Positions 1 through 15,000 of a DNA stretch of 64,000 nucleotides are shown in pieces; the stretch's first letter is position 1, and each line of letters begins with the position of its first letter. The position numbers were made by a program, and so were the translations under genes. Location: positions 124,434,001-124,498,000 of the forward strand of contig OZ024744.1 of NCBI GenBank assembly GCA_964016885.1. Direction: 5' to 3'. Source of the stretch: Eledone cirrhosa. Lineage: Eukaryota. The notes under the pieces are model-generated. The model was not told where the DNA came from, searched no databases, and saw nothing but the letters and a program-made list of their open reading frames with translations.

Positions 1-3000
1 ACTTTACAGTGTGGACTGGGTAATTTATGTCATGACACCTACATGACCACACATTGTAGACTGGGTACTTTTTGTCATAACACCCATATGACCGCTTTAC
101 AGTATGTACTGTGTACTTGTTGTGCCACCTACATGACTACTTTACAGTGTGGAATGGGTACTTTTTGTCATGACACCTTCATGACCACTTTACAGTATGT
201 ACTGGGTATTTTGTGTTGTGACACCTACATGACCACTTTACAGTGTGGACTGGGTAGTTTTTGTTGTGACTCCTACATGACCACTTTACAGTGTGTACTG
301 GGTACTTTTTGTTGTGACACCTACATTACCACTTTACAGTGTGTACTGGGTACTTTTTGCTGTGACACCTACATGACCACTTTACAGTGTGTACTGGGTA
401 CTTTTTGTTGTGACACCTACATGACCACTTTACAGTGTGGACTGGGTAATTTTTGTTGTGACACCTACATGACCACTTTACAGTGTGGACTGGGTACTTT
501 TTGTTGTGACACCTACATGACTACTTTACAGTGTGGACTGGGTACTTTTTGTTGTGACACCTACATGACCACTTTACTGTGTGTACTGGGTACTTTTTGT
601 TGTGACACCTACATGACTACTTTACAGTGTGGACTGGGTAATTTATGTCATGACACCTACATGACCACACATTGTAGACTGGTTACATTTTGTCATAACA
701 CCTACATGACCACTTTACAGTATGTACTGGGTACTTTTGTGCCACCTACATGACTACTTTACAGTGTGTACTGGGTACTATTTGTCAGGACACCTACATG
801 ACCACTTTACAGTGTGGATGGGTACTTTTTCTCATGACACCTTCATAACCACTTTACAGTATGTACTGAGTAAATTTTGTTGTGACACCTACATGACCAC
901 TTTACAGTGTGGACTGGGTACATTTTGTTGTGACTCCTTCATGTCCACTTTACAGTGTGTACTGGGTACTTTTTGTTGTGACACCTACATGACCACTTTA
1001 CAGTGTGGACTGGGTACATTTTGTTGTGACACCTACATGACCACTTTACAGTGTGTACTGGGTACTTTTTGTTGTGACACCTACATGACCACTTTACAGT
1101 GTGGACTGGGTACTTTTTGTTGTGACACCTACATGACTGCTTTACAGTGTGGACTGGGTAATTTATGTCATGACACCTACATGACCACACATTGTAGACT
1201 GGGTACTTTTTGTCATAACACCTACATGACCGCTTTACAGTATGTACTGTGTACTTGTTGTGCCACCTACATGACTACTTTACAGTGTGTACTGGGTACT
1301 ATTTATCATGAGACCTTCATGACCACTTTACAGTATGTACTGGGTACTTTTTGTTGTGACACCTACATGACTACTTTACAGTGTGTACTGGGTACTTTTT
1401 GTCATGAGACCTTCATGACCACTTTACAGTATGTACTGGGTACTTTTTGTTGTGACACCTACATGACCACTTTACAGTGTGGACTGCGTAATTTTTGTTG
1501 TGACACCTACATGACCACTTTACAGTGTGTACTGGGTACTTTTTGTGGTGCCATCTACATGACCACTTTACAGTGTGTACTGGATACTTTTTGTCATGAC
1601 ACCTACATGACCACTTTACTGTGTGTACTGGGTACTTTTTGTTGTGACACCTACATGACCACTTTACAGTGTGTACTGGATACTTTTTGTCATGACACCT
1701 ACATGATCACTTTACTGAGTGTACTGGGTACTTTCTGTTGTGACGTGGACTGGGTATTTTGTCTTGTAACACCTACATGACTACTTTGCAGTGTGGACTG
1801 GGTACTTTTTGTGATGACACGTACATGACCACTTTACTGTGTGTAGTGTGTACTTTTTGTCATAACACTTACATTACTACTTTACAGTGTGTACTGGGTA
1901 CCATTTGTCATGAGAGTACATGACCACTTTACAGTGTGTACTGGGTGCTTGTTGTTGTGCCACCTACATGACTACTTTACAGTATGCACTGGGTACTTTT
2001 TGTCCTGACACCTACATGACCACTTTACAGTGTGGAATAGGTACTTTTTATCATGACACCTTCATAACCACTTTACAGTATGTACTGGGTACTTTTTGTT
2101 GTGACACCTACATGACCACTTTACAGTGTGTACTGTGTACTTTTTGTTGTGACACCTACATGACCATGTTACAGTGTGTACTGGGTACTTTTTGTTGTGA
2201 CGCCTACATGACCACTTTCCAGTGTTTACTGGGTATTTTTTGTAATGACACCTACATGACCACTCTACAGTGTGTACTGGGTACTTTTTGTTGTGACACC
2301 TACATGACTAATTTATAATGTGTACTGGGTACTTCTTGTTGTAACACCTACATGATCACTTTACAGTGTGGACTGGGTACATTTTGTTGTGACACCTACA
2401 TGACCCCTTCACTGTGTGTACTGGGTACTTTTTGTTGTGACACCTACATGACTACTTTACAGTGTGGACTGGGTAATTTATGTCATGACACCTACATGAC
2501 CACACATTGTAGACTGGGTACTTTTTGTCATAACACCTACATGACCGCTTTACAGTATGTACTGTGTACTTGTTGTGCCACCTACATGATACTTTACAGT
2601 GTGTACTGGGTACTATTTGTCATGACACCTACATGACCACTTTACAGTATGTACTGGGTACTTTTTGTTGTGACGCCTCCATGACTACTTTACAGTATGT
2701 ACTGGGTACTTTTTGTTGTGACACCTACATGACCACTTTACAGTGTGGACTGCGTAATTTTTGTTGTGACACCTACATGACCACTTTACAGTGTGTACTG
2801 GGTACTTTTTTTGGTGCCATCTACATGACCACTTTACAGTGTGTACTGGATACTTTTTTGTCATGACACCTACATGACCACTTTACTGTGTGTACTGGGT
2901 ACTCTTTGTTGTGACACCTACATGACCACTTTACAGTGTGGACTGGGTACCATTTGTCATGAGACTACATGACCACTTTACAGTGTGTACTGGGTGCTTG

Positions 3001-6000
3001 TTGTTGTGCCACCTACATGACTACTTTACAGTATGCACTGGGTACTTTTTGTTGTAAAACCTACATGACCACTTTACAGTGTGGAATAGGTACTTTTTAT
3101 CATGACACCTTCATAACCACTTTACAGTATGTACTGGGTACTTTTTGTTGTGACACCTACATGACCACTTTACAGTGTGTACTGTGTACTTTTTGTTGTG
3201 ACACCTACATGACCACTTTACAGTGTGTACTGGGTACTTTTTGTTGTGACGCCTACATGACCACTTTCCAGTGTTTACTGGGTATTTTTTGTAATGACAC
3301 CTACATGACCACTCTACAGTGTGTACTGGGTACTTTTTGTTTTGACACCTACATGACTAATTTACAATGTGTACTGGGTACTTCTTGTTGTAACACCTAC
3401 ATGATCACTTTACAGTGTGGACTGGGTACATTTTGTTGTGACACCTACATGACCCCTTTACTGTGTGTACTGGGTACTTTTTGTGCCACCTACATGACTA
3501 CTTTACAGTGTGGAATAGGTAATTTTTATCATGACACCTTCATAACCACTTTACAGTATGTACTGAGTAATTTTTGTTGTGACACCTACATGACCACTTT
3601 ACAGTGTGTACTGAGTACTTTTTGTTGTGACATCTATATAACCACTTTACAGTGTGGAATGGGTACTTTTTGTTGTGACACCTACATGACCACTTTACAG
3701 TGTGTACTGGGTACTTTTTGTTGGGACACCTACATGACCACTTTGCAGTGTATACTCAGTACTTTTTGTTGTGACACCTACATGACCACTTTCCAGTGTG
3801 GACTGGGTACATTTTGTTGTGACACCTACATGACTACTTTACAGTGTGTACTGGGTACTTTTTCTTGTGACACCTACATGACCACTTTACAGTGTGGACT
3901 GGGTACATTTTGTTGTGACACCTACATGACCACTTTACAGTGTGTACTGGGTACTTTTTGTTGTGACACCTACATGACCACTTTACAGTGTGGACTGGGT
4001 ACTTTTTGTTGTGACACCTACATGACCACTTTACTGTGTGTACTGGGTACTTTTTGTTGTGACACCTACATGACTACTTTACAGTGTGGACTGGGTAATT
4101 TATGTCATGACACCTACATGACCACACATTGTAGACTGGGTACTTTTTTTCATAACACCCATATGACCGCTTTACAGTATGTACTGTGTACTTGTTGTGC
4201 CACCTACATGACTACTTTACAGTGTGTACTGGGTACTATTTGTCATGACACCTACATGACCACTTTACAGTGTGGAATGGGTACTTTTTGTCATGACACC
4301 TTCATGACCACTTTACAGTATGTACTGGGTATTTTGTGTTGTGACACCTACATGACCACTTTACAGTGTGGACTGGGTAGTTTTTGTTGTGACTCCTACA
4401 TGACCACTTTACAGTGTGTATTGGGTACTTTTTGTTGTGACACCTACATTACCACTTTACAGTGTGTACTGGGTACTTTTTGTTGTGACACCTACATGAC
4501 CACTTTACAGTGTGTACTGGGTACTTTTTGTTGTGACACCTACATGACCACTTTACAGTGTGGACTGGGTAATTTTTGTTGTGACACCTACATGACCACT
4601 TTACAGTGTGGACTGGGTACTTTTTGTTGTGACACCTACATGACTACTTTACAGTGTGGACTGGGTACTTTTTGTTGTGACACCTACATGACCACTTTAC
4701 TGTGTGTACTGGGTACTTTTTGTTGTGACACCTACATGACCACTTTACAGTGTGGACTGGGTAGTTTTTGTTGTGACTCCTACATGACCACTTTACAGTG
4801 TGTACTGGGTGCTTTTTGTTGTGACACCTACATGACCACTTTACAGTGTGTACTGGGTACTTTTTGTTGTGACACCTACATGACCACTTTACAGTGTGGA
4901 CTGGGTAGTTTTTGTTGTGACTCCTACATGACCACTTTACAGTGTGTACTGGGTACTTTTTGTTGTGACACCTACATGACCACTTTACAGTGTGTACTGG
5001 GTACTTTTTGTTGTGACACCTACATGACCACTTTACAGTATGGACTGGGTACTTTTTGTTGTGACACCTACATGACCACTTTACAGTGTGTACTGGATAC
5101 TTTTTGTCGTGACTCCTACATGACAACTTTACAGTGTGGACTGGGTAGTTTTTGTTGTGACACCTATATGACCACTTTACAGTATGTACTGGATAGTTTT
5201 TGTCATGACACCTACATGACCAATTTACAGTGTGGAATGACTACTTTTTCTCATGACACCTTCATAACCACTTTACAGTATGTACTGAGTAATTTTTGTT
5301 TTTACACCTACATGACTACTTTACAGTGTGTACTGGGTACTTTTTGTCATGACGCCTTCATGACCACTTTACAGTGTGTACTGGGTACTATTTGTCATGA
5401 CACCTACATGACTACTTTACAGTGTGTACTGGGTACTATTTGTCAGGACACCTACATGACCACTTTACAGTGTGGAATGGGTACTTTTTGTCATGACACC
5501 TTCATGACCACTTTACAGTGTGGACTGGGTACTTTTTGTTGTGACACCTACATGACCACTTTACAGTGTGGACTGGGTACATTATATTGTGACACCTACA
5601 AGACCACACAGTGTAGACTGGGTACTTTTTGTCATAACACCTACATGACCACTTTACAGTATGCACTGGGTACTTGTTGTGCCACCTACATGACTACTTT
5701 ACAGTGTGTACTGGGTACTATTTGTCATGACACCTACATGACCACTTTACAGTGTGGAATGGGTACTTTTTCTCATGACACCTTCATAACCACTTTACAG
5801 TATTTACTGAGTAATTTTTGTTGTTACAACTACATGACTACTTTACAGTGTGTACTGGGTACTTTTTGTCATGACACCTTCATGACCACTTTACAGTGTG
5901 TACTGGGTACTTTTTGTTGTGACACCTACATGACTACTTTACAGTGTGTACTGGATACTTTTTGTCATAACAGCTACATGACCACTTTACAGTATGTACT

Positions 6001-9000
6001 GGGTACTTGTTGTGCCACCTACATGACTACTTTACAGTGTGTACTGGGTACTATTTGTCATGACACCTACATGACTACTTTACAGTGTGTAATGGGTACT
6101 ATTTGTCATGACACCTACATGACTACTTTACAGTGTGGAATAGGTACTTTTTATCATGACACCTTCATAACCACTTTACAATATGTACTGAGTAATTTTT
6201 GTTGTGACACCTACATGGCCACTTTACAGTGTGGAATGGGTACTTTTTGTCATGATACCTTCATGACCACTTTACAGTATGTACTGGGTACTTTTTGTTG
6301 TGAAACCTACATGACCACTTTACAGTGTGTACTGAGTACTTTTTGTTGTGACATCTATATAACCACTTTACAGTGTGGAATGGGTACTTTTTGTTGTGAC
6401 ACCTACATGACCACTTTACAGTGTGTACTGGGTACTTTTTGTTGGGACACCTACATGACCACTTTGCAGTGTATACTCGGTACTTTTTGTTGTGACACCT
6501 ACATGACCACTTTACAGTGTGGACTGGGTACATTTTGTTGTGACACCTACATGACCACTTTACAGTGTGTACTGGGTACTTTTTGTTGTGACACCTACAT
6601 GACCACTTTACAGTGTGGACTGGGTACTTTTTGTAATGACACCTACATGACCACTTTACTGTGTGTACTGGATACTTTTTGTTGTGACACCTACATGACT
6701 ACTTTACAGTGTGGACTGGGTAATTTATGTCATGACACCTACATGACCACACATTGTAGACTGGGTACTTTTTGTCATAACACCTACATAACCGCTTTAC
6801 AGTATGTACTGTGTACTTGTTGTGCCACCTACATGACTACTTTACAGTGTGTACTGGGTACTATTTATCATGAGACCTTCATGACCACTTTACAGTATGT
6901 ACTGGGTACTTTTTGTTGTGACACCTACATGACTACTTTACAGTGTGTACTGGGTACCTTTTGTCATGAGACCTTCATGACCACTTTACAGTATGTACTG
7001 GGTACTTTTTGTTGTGACACCTACATGACCACTTTACAGTGTGGACTGCGTAATTTTTGTTGTGACACCTACATGACCACTTTACAGTGTGTGCTGGGTA
7101 CTTTTTGTGGTGCCATCTACATGACCACTTTACAGTGTGTACTGGATACTTTTTGTCATGACACATACATGACCACTTTACTGAGTGTACTGGGTACTTT
7201 CTGTTGTGACGTGGACTGGGTATTTTGTCTTGTAACACCTACATGACTACTTTGCAGTGTGGACTGGGTACTTTTTGTGATGACACCTACATGACCACTT
7301 TACTGTGTGTAGTGGGTACTTTTTGTCATAACACTTACATTACTACTTTACAGTGTGTACTGGGTACCATTTGTCATGAGACTACATGACCACTTTACAA
7401 TGTGTACTGGGTGCTTGTTGTTGTGCCACCTACATGACTACTTTACAGTATGCACTGGGTACTTTTTGTTGTAAAACCTACATGACCACTTTACTGTGTG
7501 GAATAGGTACTTTTTGTCATGACACCTACATCACCACTTTACTGTGTGTACTGGGGACTTTCTGTTGTGACACCTACATGACCACTTGACTCTGTGTACT
7601 GGGTACTTTTTGTTGTGACAAACTAATGACTACTTTACAGTGTGGACTGGGTAATTTATGCCATGACACCTTCATGACCACTTTACAGTATGTACTGGGT
7701 ACTTGTTGTGCCACCTACATGACTACTTTACAGTGTGTACTGGGTACTTTTTGTCATGACAGCTTCATGACCACTTTACAGTATGTACTGGGTACTTTTT
7801 GTCATGACACCTTCACAACCACTTTACAGTGTGGAATGGGTACTTTTTGTTGTGACACCTACATGACCACTTTACAGTGTGTACTGGGTACTTTTTGTTG
7901 GGACACCTACATGACCACTTTGCAGTGTATACTCGGTACTTTTTGTTGTGACACCTACATGACCACTTTACAGTGTGGACTGGGTACATTTTGTTGTGAC
8001 ACCTACATGACCACTTTACAGTGTGTACTGGGTACTTTTTGTTGTGACATCTACATGACCACGTTACAGTGTGGACTGGGTACATTTGGTTGTGACACCT
8101 ACATGACCACTTTACAGTGTGTACTGGGTACTTTTTGTTGTGACACCTACATGACCACTTTACAGTGTGGACTGGGTACTTTTTGTTGTGACACCTACAT
8201 GACCACTTCACTGTGTGTACTGGGTACTTTTTGTTGTGACACCTACATGACTACTTTACAGTGTGGACTGGGTAATTTATGTCATGACACCTACATGACC
8301 ACACATTGTAGACTGGGTACTTTTTGTCATGACACCTACATAACCGCTTTACAGTATGTACTGTGTACTTGTTGTGCCACCTACATGACTACTTTACAGT
8401 GTGTACTGGGTACTATTTGTCATGACACCTACATGACCACTTTACAGTATGTACTGTGTAATTTTTGTTGTGGCACCTACATGACTACTTTACAGTGTGT
8501 ACTGGGTACTTTTTGTTGTGACACCTACATGACCACTTTACAGTGTGGACTGCGTAATTTTTGTTGTGACACCTACATGACCACTTTACAGTGTGTACTG
8601 GGTACTTTTTGTGGTGCCATCTACATGACCACTTTACAGTGTGTACTGGATACTTTTTGTCATGACACATACATGACCACTTTACTGAGTGTACTGGGTA
8701 CTTTCTGTTGTGACGTGGACTGGGTATTTTGTCTTGTAACACCTACATGACTACTTTGCAGTGTGGACTGGGTACTTTTTGTGATGACACCTACATGACC
8801 ACTTTACTGTGTGTAGTGGGTACTTTTTGTCATAACACTTACATTACTACTTTACAGTGTGTACTGGGTACCATTTGTCATGAGACTACATGACCACTTT
8901 ACAATGTGTACTGGGTGCTTGTTGTTGTGCCACCTACATGACTACTTTACAGTATGCACTGGGTACTTTTTGTTGTAAAACCTACATGACCACTTTACTG

Positions 9001-12000
9001 TGTGGAATAGGTACTTTTTGTCATGACACCTTCACAACCACTTTACAGTGTGGAATGGGTACTTTTTGTTGTGACACCTACATGACCACTTTACAGTGTG
9101 TACTGGGTACTTTTTGTTGGGACACCTACATGACCACTTTGCAGTGTATACTCGGTACTTTTTGTTGTGACACCTACATGACCACTTTACAGTGTGGACT
9201 GGGTACATTTTGTTGTGACACCTACATGACCACTTTACAGTGTGTACTGGGTACTTTTTGTTGTGACATCTACATGACCACGTTACAGTGTGGACTGGGT
9301 ACATTTGGTTGTGACACCTACATGACCACTTTACAGTGTGTACTGGGTACTTTTTGTTGTGACACCTACATGACCACTTTACAGTGTGGACTGGGTACTT
9401 TTTGTTGTGACACCTACATGACCACTTCACTGTGTGTACTGGGTACTTTTTGTTGTGACACCTACATGACTACTTTACAGTGTGGACTGGGTAATTTATG
9501 TCATGACACCTACATGACCACACATTGTAGACTGGGTACTTTTTGTCATGACACCTACATAACCGCTTTACAGTATGTACTGTGTACTTGTTGTGCCACC
9601 TACATGACTACTTTACAGTGTGTACTGGGTACTATTTGTCATGACACCTACATGACCACTTTACAGTATGTACTGTGTAATTTTTGTTGTGGCACCTACA
9701 TGACTACTTTACAGTGTGTACTGGGTACTTTTTGTTGTGACACCTACATGACCACTTTACAGTGTGTACTGGGTACTTTTCCTCATGACACCCTCATAAC
9801 CACTTTACAGTATGTACTGAGTAAATTTTGTTGACACCTACATGACCACTTTACAGTGTGTACTGGATACTTTTTGTCATGACACCTACATCACCACTTT
9901 ACTGTGTGTACTGGGGACTTTCTGTTGTGACACCTACATGACCACTTGACTCTGTGTACTGGGTACTTTTTGTTGTGACAAACTAATGACTACTTTACAG
10001 TGTGGACTGGGTAATTTATGCCATGACACCTTCATGACCACTTTACAGTATGTACTGGGTACTTGTTGTGCCACCTACATGACTACTTTACAGTGTGTAC
10101 TGGGTACTTTTTGTCATGACACCTTCATGACCACTTTACAGTATGTACTGGGTACTTTTTGTTGTGACACCTACATGACCTCTTTACAGTGTGGTCTGGG
10201 TAATTTTTGTTGTGACACTTCCATGACCACTTTACAGTGTGTACTGAGTACTTTTGTCATGATAGTTACATGACCACTTTACAGTGTGTACTGGGTGCTA
10301 TTTGTTGTGACACCTACATGACTACATTACAGTGTGTACTGGGTACTTTTTGTTGTGCCACCTGCATGACCACTTTACCGTGTTGACTGAGTACATTTTC
10401 TTGTGACACCTACATGACCACTTTACAGTGTGTACTGGGTACTTTTTGTTGTGACACCTACATGACCACTTTACAGTGTGTAGTGGGTACTTTTTGTTGT
10501 GCCACCTACATGACCACTTTACCGTGTGAACTGAGTACATTTTGTTGTGAAATCTACATGACCACTTTACAGTGTGTACTGGGTACTTTTTGTTGTGACA
10601 CCTACATGACCACTTTACAGTGTGGAATGGGTACTTTTTGTTGTGACACCTACATGACCACTTTACAGTGTGTACTGGGTACTTTTTGTTGGGACACCTA
10701 CATGACCACTTTGCAGTGTATACTCGGTACTTTTTGTTGTGACACCTCCATGACCACTTTCCAGTGTTTACTGGGTATTTTTTATAATGACACCTACATG
10801 ACCACTTTACAGTGTGTACTGGCTACTTTTTGTTGTGACACCTACATGACCACTTTACAGTGTGTACTGGGTACTTTTTGTTGTGACACCTACATGACCA
10901 CTTTACAGTGTGTACTGGATACTTTTTGTCATGACACCTACATCACCACTTTACTGTGTGTACTGGGGACTTTCTGTTGTGACACCTACATGACCACTTG
11001 ACTCTGTGTACTGGGTACTTTTTGTTGTGACAAACTAATGACTACTTTACAGTGTGGACTGGGTAATTTATGCCATGACACCTTCATGACCACTTTACAG
11101 TATGTACTGGGTACTTGTTGTGCCACCTACATGACTACTTTACAGTGTGTACTGGGTACTTTTTGTCATGACAGCTTCATGACCACTTTACAGTATGTAC
11201 TGGGTACTTTTTGTTGTGACACCTACATGACCTCTTTACAGTGTGGTCTGGGTAATTTTTGTTGTGACACTTCCATGACCACTTTACAGTGTGTACTGAG
11301 TACTTTTGTCATGATAGTTACATGACCACTTTACAGTGTGTACTGGGTGCTATTTGTTGTGACACCTACATGACTACATTACAGTGTGTACTGGGTACTT
11401 TTTGTTGTGCCACCTACATGACCACTTTACCGTGTGGACTGGGTAGTTTTTGTTGTGACACCTACATGACCACTTTACTGTGTGTACTGGGTACTTTTTG
11501 TTGTGACACCTACATGACTACTTTACAGTGTGGACTGGGTAATTTATGTCATGACACCTACATGACCACACTGTGTAGACTGGGTACTTTTTGTCATAAC
11601 ACCTACATGACCACTTTACAGTATGTACTGGGTACTTGTTGTGCCACCTACATGACTACTTTACAGTGTGTACTGGGTACTATTTGTCATGACACCTACA
11701 TGACCACTTTACTGTGTGTACTGGGTACTTTTTGTTGTGACACCTACATGACCACTTTACAGTGTGTACTGGGTACTTTTTGTTGTGACACCTACATGAC
11801 CACTTTACAGTGTGTAGTGGGTACTTTTTGTTGTGCCACCTACATGACCACTTTACCGTGTGAACTGAGTACATTTTGTTGTGAAATCTACATGACCACT
11901 TTACAGTGTGTACTGGGTACTTTTTGTTGTGACACCTACATGACCACTTTACAATGTGGAATGGGTACTTTTTGTTGTGACACCTACATGACCACTTTAC

Positions 12001-15000
12001 AGTGTGTACTGGGTACTTTTTGTTGGGACACCTACATGACCACTTTGCAGTGTATACTCGGTACTTTTTGTTGTGACACCTCCATGACCACTTTCCAGTG
12101 TTTACTGGGTATTTTTTATAATGACACCTACATGACCACTTTACAGTGTGTACTGGCTACTTTTTGTTGTGACACCTACATGACCACTTTACAGTGTGGA
12201 CTGGGTACATTTTGTTGTGACACCTACATGACCACTTTACAGTGTGTACTGGGTACTTTTTGTTGTGACACCTACATGACCACTTTACAGTGTGGACTGG
12301 GTACTTTTTGTTGTGACACCTACATGACCACTTTACTGTGTGTACTGGGTACTTTTTGTTGTGACACCTGCATTACTACTTTACAGTGTGGACTGGGTAA
12401 TTTATGTCATGACACCTACATGACCACACATTGTAGACTGGGTACTTTTTGTCATAACACCTACATGACCGCTTTACAGTATGTACTGTGTACTTGTTGT
12501 GCCACCTACATGACTACTTTACAGTGTGTACTGGGTACTATTTGTCATGACACCTACATGACCACTTTACAGTGTGGAATGGGTACTTTTTGTCATGACA
12601 CCTTCATGACCACTTTACAGTATGTACTGGGTATTTTGTGTTGCGACACCTACATGACCACTTTACAGTGTGGACTGGGTAGTTTTTGTTGTGACCCCTA
12701 CATGACCACTTTACAGTGTGTACTGGGTACTTTTTGTTGTGACACCTACATGACCACTTTACAGTGTGTACTGGGTACTTTTTGTTGTGACACCTACATG
12801 ACCACTTTACAGTGTGGACTGGGTACTTTTTGTTGTGACACCTACATGACCACTTTACTGTGTGTACTTTTTGTTGTGACACCTACATGACTACTTTACA
12901 GTGTGGACTGGGTAATTTATGTCATGACACCTACATGACCACACTGTGTAGACTGGGTACTTTTTGTCATATCACGTACATGACCACTTTACAGTATGTA
13001 CTGGATACTTGTTGTGCCACCTACATGACTACTTTACAGTGTGGACTGGGTACTTTTTGTCATGACACCTACATGACCACTTTACTGTGTGTACTGGGTA
13101 CCTTTTGTCATTACACTTACATTACTACTTTACAGTGTGTACTGTGTACTATTTGTCATGAGACTACATGACCACTTTACAGTGTGTACTGGGTGCTTGT
13201 TGTTGTGCCACCTACATGACTACTTTACAGTGTGTAATAGATACTTTTTATCATGACACCTTCATAACCACTTTACAGTATGTACTGGGTACATTTTGTT
13301 GTGACACCTACATGACCACTTTACAGTGTGTACTGGGTAATTTTTGTTGGGACACCTACATGACCCCTTCACAGTGTGTACTGGGTACTTTTTGTTGTGA
13401 CACCTACATGACCACTTTACAGTGTGTACTGGGTACTTTTTGTTGTGACACCTACATGACCACTTTCCAGTGTGTACTGGGTACTTTTTGTTGTGACACC
13501 TACATGACTAATTTACAATGTGTACTGGGTACTTCTTGTTGTGACACCTACATGATCACTTTACAGTGTGGACTGGGTACATTTTGTTGTGACACCTTCA
13601 TGACCACTTTACAGTGTGTACTGGGTACTTGTTGTGCCACCTACATGACTACTTTACAGTGTGGAATAGTTACTTTTTATCATGACACCTTCATAACCAC
13701 TTTACAGTATGTTCTGAGTAATTTTTGTTGTGACACCTACATGACCACATTACAGTGTGGAATGGGTACTTTTTGTCATGATACCTTCATGACCACTTTA
13801 CAGTATGTACTGGGTACTTTTTGTTGTGACACCTACATGACCACTTTACAGTGTGTACTGGGTACTTTTTGTCATGACACCTTCATGACCACTTTACAGT
13901 ATGTACTGGGGACTTTCTGTTGTGACACCTACATGACCACTTGACTGTGTGGACTGGGTACTATTTGTCAGGACACCTACATGACCACTTTACAGTGTGG
14001 ATGGGTACTTTTTCTCATGACACCTTCATAACCACTTTACAGTATGTACTGAGTAAATTTTGTTGTGACACCTACATGACCACTTTACAGTGTATACTGG
14101 GTTCTTTTTGTTGTGACACCTACATGACCACTTTACAGTGTGTACTGGGTAATTTTTGTTGTGACACCTACATGACCACTTTACACTGTGTACTGGGTAA
14201 TTTTCCTCATGACACCCTCATAACCACTTTACAGTATGTACTGAGTAAATTTTGTAGACACCTACATATCCACTTCACAGTGTGTACTGGATACTTTTTG
14301 TCATGACACCTACATCACCACTTTACTGTGTGTACTGGGTACTTTTTGTTGTGCCATCTACATGACCACTTTACAGTGCGTACTGGGTACTTTTTGTTGT
14401 GACACCTACATGACTACTTTACAGTGTGGACTGGGTAATGTATGTCATGACACCTACATGACCACACTGTGTAGACTGGGTACTTTTTGTCATAACACCT
14501 ACATGACCACTTTACAGTATGTACTGGGTACTTGTTGTGCTACCTACATGACTACTTTACAGTGTGTACTGGGTACTATTTGTCATGACACCTACATGAC
14601 CACTTTACTGTGTGTACTGGGTACTTTTTGTTGTGACACCTACATGACCACTTTACAGTGTGTACTGGGTACTTTTTGTCATGACACCTTCATGACCACT
14701 TTACAGTGCGTACTGGATACTTTTTGTCATGACACCTACATGACCACTTTACTGTGTGTATTGGGTACTTTTTGTTGTGACACCTACATGACCACTTTAC
14801 AGTGTGTACTGGGTACTTTTTGTTGTGCCATCTACATGACCACTTTACAGTGTGTACTGGATACTTTTTGTCATGACACCTACATGACCACTTTACTGAG
14901 TGTACTGGGTACTTTTTGTTGTGACACCTACATGACAACTTTATAGTGTGGACTGGGTACTTTGTCTTGTGACACCTACATGACTACTTTGCAGTGTGGA

